A stretch of DNA of 64,000 bases, from contig CAWJDT010000005.1 in NCBI GenBank assembly GCA_963841735.1, positions 96,001 to 160,000 of the forward strand, written 5' to 3'. Under the pieces are notes generated by a model. That model was not told where the DNA came from and made no database searches. It worked only from the letters and a program-made list of their open reading frames with translations. The position numbers and the translations under genes are program-made. The stretch is from an uncultured Actinomycetes bacterium. GTDB lineage: Bacteria > Actinomycetota > Thermoleophilia > RBG-16-64-13. Every line of letters starts with the position of its first letter. Position 1 is the stretch's first letter. Below, one piece after another: positions 11,365 through 23,917 of this stretch.

Positions 11365-12890
11365 CTACGCGCTGGCTTCCCCATCATCTTCGGCCGCGGC
11401 TTTGTCCTCGGTATTGTCGCCGGCCTCTTCCTTGACTTCCTCGGCGTCTTCAGCAGCCCCGTCAGCCTCAGCCGCATCTTCGGGTGCCTCAGCAACAGCG
11501 ACTTCCTCGCCCGGGGCCTCAGCGGCCTCAGCAACTGGAGCTTCCTCAACAGGTGCCTCAACAGCATCCTCGGCGGCCTCAGCAACTGGGGCTTCCGCCA
11601 CTTCCTGAGTCTCGGGCGCTTCCTCAGCAGCCGACTCCTCCTCTGTGGCCAGCGCTTCGTCAGTTGCCTGCTCTCCGGTGGCTTCCGTGTCTTCGGCAGC
11701 GAACTCGTCCTCTTCGCCTTCCAGCTCTTCGCCGTCCTCGCCAAGGGCATCCTCATGGATGCGATATTCCGGTTCGAGACGCTTCAGGCTGAGAGATAGA
11801 CGACGACGCTCGGGGTCGATCTCGATGATCTTGACGTTGACCTCTTGCCCCGGCCGCACGATCTCGGAGGGATCTTCCACGTGATGCTGGGCCAACTCGG
11901 AGATGTGAATGAGGCCTTCGACGCCTTCCTCAATCTCCACAAAAGCCCCGAAAGCGACCAGTTTGGTGACCGCACCGTGCACGATCTCGTTCACCTGGCG
12001 ATTCTCGAACACCTGCTGCCACGGGTCCTTCTGGGTCTGCTTGAGGCCCAGCGATATACGCTGCCGTTCGCGGTCGATATCGAGTACCCGCACTTCGACC
12101 TTCTGGCCGATGGTGAGCACTTCCGACGGATGATTGACATGGCTCCAAGAGAGCTCGGAGATGTGGATGAGACCGTCGATGCCGTCCAGATCGACAAAGG
12201 CACCGAAGTCGACGATGTTGGAGATAGTGCCTATCACCAGGTCGCCCACGTTCATGCGGTCGAGAATCTGCTCGCGCGCTCCGCGGCGCTCCTCTTCCAG
12301 GACAGCGCGCTACGACTGAGGACTACGTTGTTGCGGAAGCGGTTGAGCTCTATGACACGGCACTCGAGCGACTGACCCAGGAACTCGTCCAATTCGGCCA
12401 CCCGGCGGATATCGACCAAGGAAGCCGGCAGGAAGCCGCGCACACCTAGGTCGAGAATGAGACCGCCCTTGACCACTTCGATGACGTTGCCCGATACAGG
12501 AGTGCCATCTTCGGCGGCTTTCTCGATACGCTGCCAGGCACGCTCAAAGCGGGCCCTCTTGCGCGACAGGATGAGGCGACCGTCCGGGTCCTCTTTGGTG
12601 AGCACCAAAGCATCGACCACGTCGCCCACCGACACTTCTTCGGCTGGATCAACGGACTTACGGATGGAAAGCTCGTTCGCGGGTACGACGCCTTCACTCT
12701 TATAGCCGATGTCGACTAGGACTTCGTCCTTATCGACCCGGACCACGACCCCGGTGACGATATCCCCCTCTTCAAAAGTCATGATCGTTGCATCGTAGTT
12801 GGGAATCATCTTCCCATCCACCTCGATCATCAACTCTTGCCCGCCCGCTAGTGTTTCTTGTGCTTCGTCGCCGGTGTGTTCGTCTGTCAT
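11365..12890 (-). CDS. rpsA: 30S ribosomal protein S1 (frameshift near 12255-12315; long acidic C-tail)
   Basis: Four S1 domains (VDIGYKSEG, RGFLPASLVD, DGLIHISELSW, EGLIHISELA) split over ORFs 12252-12935 and 11365-12255. Confidence 0.95.
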
Positions 12891-13043
12891 GTAGTTTCTT
12901 TTTCCTTCCAAAAGGGATGCCAAAGCCGTGCACAAGCACGGCTCATGTGCCGGTAGTATACCGAGGCACTAGGGAAAAGCAAGCATGTATGCAGCCGCCC
13001 GGCCTCCGCGGCTCCACGGGCGTCCGCCGACGGTACGGCCGGC

Positions 13044-15796
13044 TCACTTGGCCGTCAGCCAATCTGGGCCTATTCCGGCATCCACGCCCAGCACCGGCTC
13101 CATGGGATAGGCCGCCGCCATCTCCCCCACCACGGCCTTCAGAACGGCGGCGGCCTCGTCCTCCGGAGTCTCGAACACCAGTTCGTCATGCACCTGCAGC
13201 ACAAGACGGGAGTCGGGGAAATCGCTCTCCAGACGGTCGTGGCAGCGAATCATGGCCACCTTGATGATGTCGGCCGCGCTCCCCTGGATCACCGAGTTCA
13301 CCGCCAGTCGCTCCCCCAGAGAGCGTTCCTGGAAGCTCCCTGAAGCCAGCTCGGGTATCGGTCTTCTCCGGCCGAACACCGTGGCCACGTACCCTTGACG
13401 CCTGGCCAAGGCGATGGTCTCCTCGATGAAGGCCTTCACCCGCGGCAGACGCTGGAAGTAGCGCTCGATGTAGGCGGCGGCCTCGTCACGCCCAATGCCC
13501 AGGTTCTGGCTGAGACCGAAGGCCGAGATGCCGTACATGATGCCGAAGTTCACGGCCTTGGCGTAGCGCCGGTGAGTCGCGTCCACCTGGTCTTCCGCCA
13601 GCCCGAACACCTCCGCCGCGGTGCGGGTGTGGATGTCCTCACCGCGCGCAAACGCCTCGATCAGGGTGGTCTCTCCCGAGAGATGAGCCATGATCCTGAG
13701 CTCGATCTGCGAGTAGTCGGCCACCACGAGGGAGTGACCGGGCTCCGCCGTGAAGCACTGCCGGATCTGAGCGCCCGCCGCTGTGCGCACGGGGATGTTC
13801 TGCAGGTTGGGATCGCTCGACGAGAGGCGGCCGGTGGCGGCCACGGTCTGATTGAAGGTGGTGTGAAGCCGTCCCGTTGCGGGGTCGACCACCTGGGGCA
13901 GAGCGAGCAGATAGGTGGACATCAGCTTCGATAGCTCGCGATGACTGAGAAGATGCGCCACGATAGGATGAGCGTCGCGCAAGGCCTCCAACGTCTTCGC
14001 GTCGGTGGAGTAGCCGGTCTTGATCTTCCGTTGCCGGGCCAAGCCAAGGCGATCGAACAACACGCTGCCCAGTTGCTGAGGCGAGCCCAGATTGAACTCT
14101 TCTCCGGCAAGTTCGAAGATGGTCTCCTCCAGGCCCTCCAACTGGTCCTGGACCTTGCCGGTGATCTCGCCCAGACGGTAGCAGTCCAAATGGATGCCCG
14201 ACCCTCTCCATGGCGATGAGCACTCTGGTGAGAGGCAACTCGATGTCGCGCAAGAGATCCCACATCCCCTGCTCTCGCAGCGACCGCTCCTGCCACCCGG
14301 CAACCGCGACGGCCACGGCCGCGGCCACTGGCCCCGACAGAGCGTCACCGGGAAGGGCGCCGGCGACGGCAACCGGCGTGTCGTGCGGGCCCGTCCCACC
14401 ATCGCCGTTCCCGCCGGCCCAACCCCCCCACGACGGCAAGGGGATCCCGGCCTCGCCGGAAAGTTCGGCCAGCTGGTATTCCCTGCGTCCCGGTGCCAGC
14501 AGATAGCCGGCCAAGTACGTGTCGTGGCCGGCCTGCCTCAACAGCGCCCGTAGGGTGCCGTCTGACTTTAGGTCGTGGCACACCGACCTACTCGGGTCCG
14601 GCCATGGCGCCGACGCCTCCGACCCCACCAAGGGGGAGTTCACTCTGACCACAGTGAAGGCCGCATATTCCACCGACTCCTCCGCTGAGGGCGCCTGGGC
14701 GAGCCACAGATCGCCGTGACCATCTGTCGCCAGCCCGACCGGACGGCTCCAGTCGACCAGATCGCCCAGCCCAGCGTCTGCCTCTGCCGCCCGGGCCGGA
14801 GCCAGCCTCGCACCGGCCGCGTTGTCCGGACCCGCAGCCGAGTCGTTTGCAGGAACCCCCGCTGTCGAGCCCACTCGGCCGGCCGCCGCGAGGAGCAACG
14901 GCTCCACCCGCTCCATCAACCTGTTGAACTCGAACCGAGAGAACAGCTCGGCCAGCTTGTCGCGCTGGGGACCACGAGGAGACATCTCCGCTTGGTCTAT
15001 ATTCACCGGAGCGTCGTGTTCCAGTTTCGCCAGTCTCTTGGACAGAAGCGCGATCTCCCGATGCTCCTTGAGCAGTTCCCTGCGCTTTACCCCGCTCACC
15101 TGATCGGCGTGGGCAAGGACCTCTTCCAACCCCCCGTACTCAGCCAACAGTAGGGCCGCCGTCTTCTCACCGATCCCCGGAATGCCTGGGATGTTGTCCG
15201 ACGTGTCTCCCTTCAGACCGATAAGATCCGGTATGAGCCTAGGAGGCACACCGAACCGCTCCTGCAACCGCCGCGGGATCGTAGATCTTTACCTCGGTCA
15301 TGCCCCGCGTGTTAGACATGATGCTCACGTGCTCGCTGGCCAGTTGCAGCGCGTCCCGGTCGCCGGTGACGATCACAGTCTCCCGACCTTGGGCATCCGC
15401 CTGCCGGGCCAAAGTGGCCAAGATGTCGTCGGCCTCGAAACCAGGCACCGCCAGATTGACAAACCCGAAGGCGGAGGAAAGCTCGGTGAAGTAAGGCCAC
15501 TGCTCCGACAGGAGATCGGGCATGGGTTTGCGCTGAGCCTTGTAGTCCTCGAACTCCTCGTGCCTGAAGGTCTTCTCCCGGGAGTCCCAGGCAACGATCA
15601 CCGCCCCGGGGCGATAGTCCGCCAGGACTTTGATGACCATAAGGCAGAAGCCGTAGAGAGCGTTGGTGGGAAAGCCACCCGAAGTCGCGATGTCCGGCGG
15701 CAGGGCGAAGAACGCCCGATAGGCCACGTTGTTGCCGTCGAGCAAGAACAGCGGACCTCGCTCATCCGCAGGCCGAGTGTCACCACGTGCGTTCAA
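13044..15796 (-). CDS. polA: DNA polymerase I (frameshifts near 15265 and 14190)
   Basis: 5'-3' exonuclease (LLDGNN..YRAFFA, EADD, TGDRD, GDTSDNIPG) and polymerase motifs (ATGRLSSSDPNLQNIP, DYSQIELR, QVHDEL) over three ORFs. Confidence 0.96.
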
Positions 15797-15823
15797 CCCA
15801 CCGCCCCGCCCGACCGTCTCGAT

Positions 15824-16183
15824 CTAGGGGGTCCTGTCTGTCTCGGCGGAGTCGGTCGGCGCGCTGACTGTCGCGCTGGGCGGTGCTGGGGCATCCTTCA
15901 GACTGACCGCATCGCGGATCTCTTTGACCGAGGCTTTCACTTCGTTCACGCCCGCCGCCTCACGGACTTCCGCGACGGTTGACTTGATCTCGTCCACCCC
16001 CGTCGCCTCACGCACTTCAGCAACAGTGCTGGCGATCTCGTCCTTGTTCTCCTTCAGGCCCTTCTTGAAGCCCCTGATGGATTTGCCCAGAGACGACCCC
16101 AGCTCAGGAAGTTTCTTGGGGCCGAAGATGATAAGGACCAGCACCACTACGATCACTATTTCCCAGCCGCCGATATTGGGCAT
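15824..16183 (-). CDS. tatA: Sec-independent translocase TatA/E with three 16-aa tandem repeats
   Basis: GGWEIVIV..IFGPKKLPELGSSLGKSIRGFKK signature. Confidence 0.92.
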   Translation of the reverse strand: MPNIGGWEIVIVVVLVLIIFGPKKLPELGSSLGKSIRGFKKGLKENKDEIASTVAEVREATGVDEIKSTVAEVREAAGVNEVKASVKEIRDAVSLKDAPAPPSATVSAPTDSAETDRTP

Positions 16184-16269
16184 CGTTCATTCCTCCTAAC
16201 GCCTGGACCGAATAGCACTGCTTCGACCCGGGCAGGCTGTGCACCTCGACTCCTCGGTATTTAACCACA

Positions 16270-17064
16270 TCACTCCGTCGCCGCTTCCCCTTCGCGGGGC
16301 CGGTAGCCCAGCTTGTCCTGACAGGTCGTTGCCCAGCTGCATCACCCGCCGCACCAGGTTGGGCAGTCGCTCGGCCGAGAAGCGTTCCAGAGATGCCCAG
16401 AATACTGACCGAGGCCACCACGGCACCACCGGCAGCACGAACCGGCGCCCCCAGACTGCAGGCCGAGAGGGCGCAGTCTTCCCAGCCCACCGCATACCCC
16501 CGCTCCCTTATCTCGTGCCGGTCACGGTCCAACTCCTCCCGCAAACCAGGGAGTACTTGGTAGCGCGGTGCGTGTGCCCCAGGACCACCTCTTCCCACTG
16601 TGAATCGGGCAAGTGGGCCAAGAAGGACCCGCCCAGCCGCGCCGCAGTTGAAGGAGATATGCTTACCGACTTCCATGACAAGCACCCGCACCGGTTGGTT
16701 GCCGTCGGCACGGCGCAGGCACAGCGCCTCCATGCCGTCGACCACAAGCAACAAAGAAGTCTCGTCGGTCTCCTCTGTGATGGCGCGACAGCAGCGGGTC
16801 GGCCTGCTTGACTAACTCCATGCTCTTGGAGGCCACGGAGCCCATGCTGAACAGCTTGAGACCCAACCGGTATCGAGTGGTCTTGCGGTCGAACTCGACC
16901 ATATCGACACCCTCCAGCGTACTGAGGAGCCGGTGAGTCGTGCTCTTGCTCAGACCGATACCGGTGCTTATCTCAGTAAGCGTGGCCTCCGGACGGGCGA
17001 GCGTGAACTGCTCCAGTATGGAGACGGCCCGAGCAACCGCCCGTACATTAAGATCGGAGGTCAT
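16270..17064 (-). CDS. IclR-family transcriptional regulator (several frameshifts; 3' end inferred)
   Basis: VRAVARAVSILEQF..LTEISTGIGLSKSTTHRLLSTL HTH; C-terminal IRERGYAV..LGAPVR effector domain in another frame. Confidence 0.85.
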
Positions 17065-18166
17065 GTCCCGCCTTTATACGGCCACCTCTCCACCATCGCC
17101 CGTGTTCGCGCCGTCCCCAACGATCGGGAACCGCCGCCCTGGCCCACGATCCTCAGCTTCCGCTGCAGCGGGAAGATGAAGAAGTTGGTCTTGCGCACCA
17201 CGAAACCATAGATGCCGCGCGGGCTCCAAACGGTGACTACGATCGCCAGCAGACCCAGCACTATGAAGTACCACTCGCCGTACCTACTGGTGGTCTCCTG
17301 CAGCGTGTAGAAGATGATGGTGCCGATTATCGGCCCCTCTATCGTACCGATGCCACCGATAACCGTGATAAAGATCAGGTACGCGGTCCAGTTGATGTTG
17401 AAGGCCGCGGCAGGCTGCACGCGGAGCAGATGGATGGCAACGATGGCGCCCACCACAGCACAACCCGCTCCGGCGATGAACGAACGTGTACAGCTTGGTA
17501 CGCCAAAGATTGACGCCGGAGCTCTCCGCGGCCAGATCGTTGTCTCGGATAGCCTTGAGAGCCAAGCCGGTGCGCGACCGCAGCAAAAAGTAGGTGACGG
17601 CGATGGATATGAGAGCAATGCCCAGTGCCCACCAGTACGTCCCAGCCACCCGAGTTTCGTTGCCCAAGGCACCAGCGGCTTGGATGGTGATACCCGAACC
17701 ACCACCGGCCGCCTTGATGTTGGCGACTATCAATCGCAGGACCTCTGCGATGACCCACGTGCCGATCGCCAGATACCCACCCCTGAGCTTGAAAACCAAG
17801 GCCGCGGACGGCAGAGCGATGATGGCTCCACAAACAGCTGCAAAGAGCACACCCACAAACGGATTGACATGCAACACGTCGGCGAACAGCCAGCACGCGT
17901 ACGCGCCAACGCCGATATAGCCCTGCTGTCCCACCGTGATGAGCCCGGCGTAGCCGAGCATGAGATTCCAGAACTGGGCGAGCGCCAGATACGCGAAGAA
18001 GAAGACCAGGCGCCGTGTCATGGCGGTGCCCCCTATGAGGGGGAAGATGGCGAGCACCACTATGATGGCGAGGCCGACCGCGAGGACTATCTGGTTGACC
18101 CGACTGGCGACGTAAACAGAGTACCGCTTGTCGCTGCTCGGAACCTGCGGAAGCGGTCGCCTTCAT
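17061..18166 (-). CDS. Branched-chain amino acid-type ABC permease (LivM-like; frameshifted)
   Basis: WNLMLGYAGLITVGQ, LRGGYLAIGT, GLALKAIRDN, IGGIGTIEGPIIG. Confidence 0.88.
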
Positions 18167-19034
18167 GACGTCACCGTCTTCGCTAGGAGTCCCTGTGGTC
18201 GGAAGGCGAGGATGATCACAAATACCACATGACCGGCCAGTATCTGCCAAGCCGGGCCGAAAGCCTGGGCACCCAGCGTCTGTGCCAGACCCAGGATTAT
18301 CCCTCCCAGCATCGTGCCCCAGTAGGAGCCCATGCCTCCGATGATCACCGCCTCGAACGCGTAGATGAGGCGCTGGCTACCAAGCAGCGGATCGAACGTG
18401 GTGTTGATGCCATCATCACCCCGCCGATAGTGACGATGAACAGCGCAACGCCCATAGCCATCGCCCAGATGTGCTTGGTGTTGATGCCCATGAGGTTGGC
18501 AGCCTCTTGATCGTCGGAGACCGCTCGGAAAGCCCGCCCCATCTTGGTGCGGTTCAAGTACAGCTGAAGGGAGGCGATAACAAGGAGCGACATCAGGAAG
18601 ATGACCAACGGCAGCCAGCCGATAGCCAGGCCCTCGTTGATGGTGATGCTCTTGTTCTCGATCACGCCGGCGTCAAGGCCCTGGGAGTTGGCAGTGAAGC
18701 CCAGCAGCAGGGCGTTCTGAATGACGATCGAGATACCGAACGTCACAATCACCCCCACCACGTCTCCCGACTTCACCACCAGGTTCAACAACCCCCGCTG
18801 TAACAGGTACCCGACGACGAACATGATCACCATGGTGATGGGGATCGAGTAGAACGGGTTGAACCTGAGGGCGTTGACGATGAGGAGGGCAACGTACGCC
18901 GGAAGAATCGTCAAGTCACCATGAGCCAAGTTGGTCAGGCGCATGGTCCCGAACACGAGGGCGAGCCCTACCGCGAAGAGAGCGTAGAGGCCGCCCAGGA
19001 GAATCCCTTGGACACCTGCATTTAGCCAATCCAT
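18163..19034 (-). CDS. Branched-chain amino acid-type ABC permease (LivH-like; frameshifted near 18400)
   Basis: GGLYALFAVGLALVFG..NLAHGD, GRAFRAVSDD; tail IIGGMGS..FRPQGL. Confidence 0.88.
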
Positions 19035-19036
19035 AT

Positions 19037-19735
19037 CTACACTCCGAAGTAGGCGGCGGTTATCTGTTCGGTCGTCAGCTCACCGGGCAAGCCCTGCAAG
19101 GCGATGCGGCCTTCCAGGAAGCAGGCCACGTGATTGGCCACGGTAAGCACGTGCTGAACGTCCTGCTCCACCACCAGGATCGTACAGCCTGAATCCAGCA
19201 GTGACTTGAAACCGTCGTAGATGCGCTTTATGACTACCGGGGCCAAGCCCAGCGAGACCTCGTCCATCAGGATGAGGCGAGGATTGGACATCAGCGACCG
19301 GCCGATAGCCAGAGCCTGCTGCTCCCCGCCCGACAGCCCCGACGCTTGACGCTTCCGCAAGGGCTGCAGTAGAGGAAACAACTCGTAGATCCCGTCGGTG
19401 GTCCACTTGCCCGGACGGCTCCGGTAGGCTCCCACCAGAAGATTCTCGTGCACGGTGAGGCTCGGGAACACCCGCCGCCCCTCCGGCACCAAGGAGATGC
19501 CCAACTCCACCCTGCGGTAGGCCGGCATGTGGTCGATGGGCTGGCCATCGAAGAGAATACGGCCCCGGCGCGGAACGAGCACGCCGGCAACGGTCTTCAG
19601 CATCGTAGATTTGCCCGCTCCGTTGGCGCCGATGCAGGCGAAGATCTCGCCCTCTTCGACCTTGAGGTCTATATCATATAGCGCCTGGAAATCCTCGTAG
19701 TAAACACTGGCTCCTTCGATCTCTAGCAAGCTCAT
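19037..19735 (-). CDS. ABC ATP-binding protein (LivF-like)
   Basis: GANGAGKST, VPEGRRVFP, LSGGEQQ, DEVSLGLAP. Confidence 0.92.
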   Translation of the reverse strand: MSLLEIEGASVYYEDFQALYDIDLKVEEGEIFACIGANGAGKSTMLKTVAGVLVPRRGRILFDGQPIDHMPAYRRVELGISLVPEGRRVFPSLTVHENLLVGAYRSRPGKWTTDGIYELFPLLQPLRKRQASGLSGGEQQALAIGRSLMSNPRLILMDEVSLGLAPVVIKRIYDGFKSLLDSGCTILVVEQDVQHVLTVANHVACFLEGRIALQGLPGELTTEQITAAYFGV

Positions 19736-20457
19736 GCCGGCGTCCCTCCCATGTAGCAGGCCTGGACTTCCTGGCTGTTCATGACCTCATGAGGGTCGCC
19801 CTCGCACAGCTTGCGGCCAAACTGGATGACGGTGATGCGATCGACTACGGCCAAAAGGGCATGCACGATGTGCTCTATCCAGACGATGGTGACGCCGGTA
19901 GCCCGGAGCTTCTTGATCTCTTCGATCAACTCCAGGACCTCTGCCTCGGTGAGGCCGCCGGCGATTTCGTCCAAGAGCAGCAGCGCAGGATCGGTGGCAA
20001 GAGCCCGAGCCAGCTCCAACCGTTTGCGGTCGAGCAGCGTGAGAGACCCCGCCAGCACATTCACCTTGTCGTACAGTCCAGTCCGCTCAAGGATGTCCAC
20101 GCAGTGCCCGTAGGACGCACGCTCTCCCATACCCCGTCCGTGCGTGGCGCCCACCAGCACGTTCTCAAATACGGTCATACCGCTGAAGGGCTTCGGTATC
20201 TGAAAGGTTCGACCTATGCCCTGACGACAACGTTCGTGTCGGGAAAGCCCGGTGATGTCCTTGCCCTGGAAGATCACTTGGCCACCGTCAGCATGCACGG
20301 CGCCGCTGATGAGGTTGAACCAAGTGGTCTTGCCCGCACCGTTGGGACCGACAATACCCAGCGCTTCACCCTCTTCGACGCTTATGCTGAGATCGTCGAT
20401 CACCAAGACCCCTCCGAACGACTTTCGGAGGCCCTGGGTCTCAAGCGCTTTCGTCAA
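19732..20457 (-). CDS. ABC ATP-binding protein (LivG-like)
   Basis: GPNGAGKTT, GIGRTFQIP, LLLDEIAGGL, IEH. Confidence 0.92.
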   Translation of the reverse strand: MTKALETQGLRKSFGGVLVIDDLSISVEEGEALGIVGPNGAGKTTWFNLISGAVHADGGQVIFQGKDITGLSRHERCRQGIGRTFQIPKPFSGMTVFENVLVGATHGRGMGERASYGHCVDILERTGLYDKVNVLAGSLTLLDRKRLELARALATDPALLLLDEIAGGLTEAEVLELIEEIKKLRATGVTIVWIEHIVHALLAVVDRITVIQFGRKLCEGDPHEVMNSQEVQACYMGGTPA

Positions 20458-20528
20458 CTGCGATCACCTCCACACTCTCCCAACCACGCATTCAGTGGAT
20501 CCTGCCGGCCGCGCCGTCTTGCACACGG

Positions 20529-20570
20529 ACCCGGTTGCTGCCCGCGGACTCCCGCGGGCAGCAACCGGGT
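20529..20570 (-). terminator. 19-bp perfect stem-loop between the SBP gene and the ABC ATPase (terminator or mRNA-stabilising hairpin)
   Basis: ACCCGGTTGCTGCCCGCGG-ACTC-CCGCGGGCAGCAACCGGGT. Confidence 0.65.
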
Positions 20571-20614
20571 TGACACTACTAGCCTACGCTCCTACTCGTC
20601 GCAACAACCTGACC

Positions 20615-22059
20615 CTACGTCAGTGGCTGCACCGCATCCTGAACCTTGATACTACCGTCCGGCATGCCCGCGTTGCTGCACACCGTCAATTCATAGTCCC
20701 ACTTGGTTCCCTTGCGCCACTGACCACCGACCTGTGGGGTCTTGTAGACGTTCTCGACGATGTGGCACGGACCCACCTTGAAGGGAGGCCCGGCCGGCTC
20801 CACAGGCGCCGTGAAGTCGATGTGACCACCAATGGTATCCAACTTAATGGTCTTGATGGCGGCCAAAATGGCCTCTTTGTCGTCGATGCTCGTGGCCCGC
20901 TTCAGCGTGTCCACCGCCATCTCGAACAGAATGAAGTGAAGCAGGGGCTGTGTCCACTGCCCGCTGGTGCGCTTGGTGAATTCATCCGCAAACTGCTGCG
21001 CCGTCTCGCCACCAAGCAGCCCGGAACTGTACGGGTGGGTCGGCATCCACCAGACTTCGGTGGTCAGACCAGCCCCGATATCTCCCAGAGCCTGAATCGA
21101 CTCGGGAAAGAGGAGCGCCTTGCCGAAGCTTCCCAGTTTGGGCCTCCAGCTCTGCTGGGCCGCCTGCTTCCAGAAGGTGGTGAAGTCTGTGGGCAAGAAC
21201 ACGCCCATGCCGATCTCGCAGCCCTCTGACTTGAACTGGCTGATCTGCGCGGTGAAGTCCTCGCTCTGGTTTTGGAACTGACCGGGTATGATCGCGTTCA
21301 GGTCGGTATTCGCCCAAACAGGATCCCAACCGGGCTTCCAGGCGTTGCCGTCAGCATCGTTGGGGAACATGGCCCCGACTTTGCCATTGTTGGGCACCTG
21401 GCTCCACATGTCCAGGAAGTTGGCCTGCACATCTTCCAGGCCCCAAAAAGTATGGTAGGTCCACTTGAAGACCTTGGTGAGATCTCCCGCGGCACGCCCG
21501 GCAACGTATGCCTGCCAAGGGCAGTCGTTGGTGATACAGGGCGTCCCGTTCGCCTCACACTGGTCGGCCACCGGGTTCACAGTGTCGGGGCTGGACGCCG
21601 AGACCACCAGGTCCACGTTGTCGTTACTGATTAGGTCGCCGGTAACCTGGGCGGCCCGGTTGGAGTCGGACTGACTGTCCCTGGTGATGATCTTGACCGG
21701 GTGCTTGATCCCGTCGACGCCGATGATGCCGTCTCCGATGGCTTCTTCAGCGCGCTCGACACAGTACTGGTCCGGCACACCGAAGGAGGCCAGACGGACC
21801 TGTGATCGGCGTGACGAAACCCGATCTTGATCTCGCGCCCATTTCGACGGCGCTGACGTTCGTGGGCTCGGAGCCCCGTGGTAACAGGACCACCCGTGGT
21901 AACAGGACCGGCCGTGGTGTCTCATCGCCACGCAGGCCGCAACCAGCCGCCCAGGCCGGCGCTCACGCCGATGGTCGCGCCGGCGATGCCGGCGATCTTG
22001 AGGAACTCGCGACGACTGACCTCTTTGCCTCCGAGAAGGCTTTTGTCCTTGTCTTCCAT
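20615..22059 (-). CDS. Tat-exported lipoprotein ABC substrate-binding protein, Liv/aromatic-binding family (frameshifts in the 5' part)
   Basis: N-terminus MEDKDK..SRREFLKIAG (twin-arginine) then VAAC; Thr-rich linker with 18-nt tandem repeats (~21876-21918); type I periplasmic binding fold DSQSDSNRAAQV. Confidence 0.85.
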
Positions 22060-22272
22060 GTCTCTCCTGTCCATGTCCGCCCTGCTGCTCCTCTCTCTGG
22101 CTGTGTGCATCGATCCTACCCCTAAGATCTACGAGTCTGCCCGCGACACCTCCTCTGCGACTGGCTCCCAACACCTACGCCTGCAGGTCGGGTCGTGAGT
22201 GACTCGGCACACGCGGCTCATACTAGCAACATGTGCACCCCACTTCTATGCCCGACGCGCGACTACCACCTA

Positions 22273-23070
22273 CTAGTCAACCGGTAGTTTAAAGAACTCC
22301 TTAGGATTCTTGATAGCACACCTGTTCGATGGTGGCCTTGTCGAGGCCGAAAAGCCTCATGGCCAGCACGACTCGCGGGCACCATGAAGTAGTCATTGCC
22401 CTCGCCACCCAGCTCCGAGTTGATGATGATTCTGTCCCGCTTGTCGGGATTATCTACCACGAAGCGGGCTGCAACCTCCGGAGGCATCTTGTCCCAGCAC
22501 ACCGAAAGACCCACCATCCCCCCGGTGCTCATCCGCAGGTCGATGGTGGCCTCGCCGGCGTGATCGAAGACGCACTTCTCCAGAGGAAAACCCTCTTCCT
22601 TGATGATCTGCGACTATCTGAGGAGTCACCGTCGCCCCCTGCGGAGCGAACCGGATGGGCGTGTGCAGGATGACCGGCAGATCGTGGGCCTTCGCGATGC
22701 GCAGGTGCTCGCGGAACAGGTCCTTCTCGTACTCGCTGCCGGTATCCAGCCCTATCTCGCCCATGGCGACCACGCGCTCGTGCTTCAGCAGACTGGGCAG
22801 CACGGCCAGCGCCTTCTCGGTGTCGGACTGTCCCAGCCCGATGAACGGCACCGAAAGCGAAGCGAAGCTCTCGTAGCCCAGCGTCTGGGCGGTCGTCACC
22901 TCCAGGGTGACGAACCGGTCCCAGATGCGAAACAGGGTGTCCACCGGAGGATTGCCCAGGAACATGTGCGGACTCGGCACTACGGCCGCTTCCATGCCCA
23001 TCATCACCAGTTTCTGCAACTGGACGTCCTCGACCATGTCGCTGTGCAGATGCGCGTCGATAAACCGCAT
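22273..23070 (-). CDS. TatD-like metal-dependent hydrolase (frameshifted 3' half)
   Basis: IDAHLH, AMGEIGLD, LPVILHTP; other frames give DHAGE and IIINSE. Confidence 0.8.
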
Positions 23071-23079
23071 TCGCAGCTC

Positions 23080-23917
23080 CTAACCCTTCCAGATGGCGAT
23101 GTCGCCCACATTCAGGTCTTTCGCCGTCACGTCCACCGGGCCGAACTTCTGGGTGAGATAGCCTGGCTTCTCGAGCAACAGCGTGTACACACCGTTCTTG
23201 AGACCGCGCAACCAGAAGTCACCGTAGCTGTCGGTGGTGGCCTTGGCCTTCTCGCCGGTCTCGTCGTTGGTGGCCGTAACGGTCACGCCTTCGGCACATA
23301 GATCGGCTTCCTGGTCGTACACCGCTCCCGCGATGAACTTCTTAGGCAGCCCTATGTAGTACACCCGCGGCTTCACGCGCGCCAGTTCCAGCTTAAGAGG
23401 CTCGGCCTTGAGGATGAGGGCCAGGATCTCGGGGTCATCCTCGTCGCCGAAGGTGAAGGCGCCGGTCGGGCAGGCGTCCACACACCGCGGCTCACTCCAA
23501 CCGTCGTCCAGCAGATGCGCGCAGAACGTGCACTTCTGGGCGATGTTGAGGGCGTCGTTGAAGTAGATGACGTTCTCGTACGGGCAGGCGGCCAGACACA
23601 TCTGGTTGCCGCGGCACTTGTCCGGGATCGATGATCACGATGCCGTCGTCGCGCTTGTAGATGGCGTGCGCGTTGCAGGACGCTATGCAAGGAGCATCGT
23701 CGCAGTGCTGGCAGATGCTGTGCTCATAGGTGACCATGACCTTGGGCACCTGGCCGCGCACGTTGTCGTACACCTTGTTCCAGAACTGGCCGGTGTCGGG
23801 CTGCGGCTTGGCGATGGGCGACCAGTCATTGGCCACGTGCTCGTCCTTGCATGCTACCTGGCAGTTGTAGCAGCCGTTACAGATGTCGTAGTTGATGACC
23901 AGTACTTTGCCCATCAT
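23080..23917 (-). CDS. Fe-S beta subunit, transhydroxylase BthL-like (copy 1; frameshift near 23620)
   Basis: CNGCYNCQVAC, CQHCDDAPC, CPY, CTFCAH..CVDACP plus C-terminal beta-sandwich (TDSYGDFWL). Confidence 0.88.
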
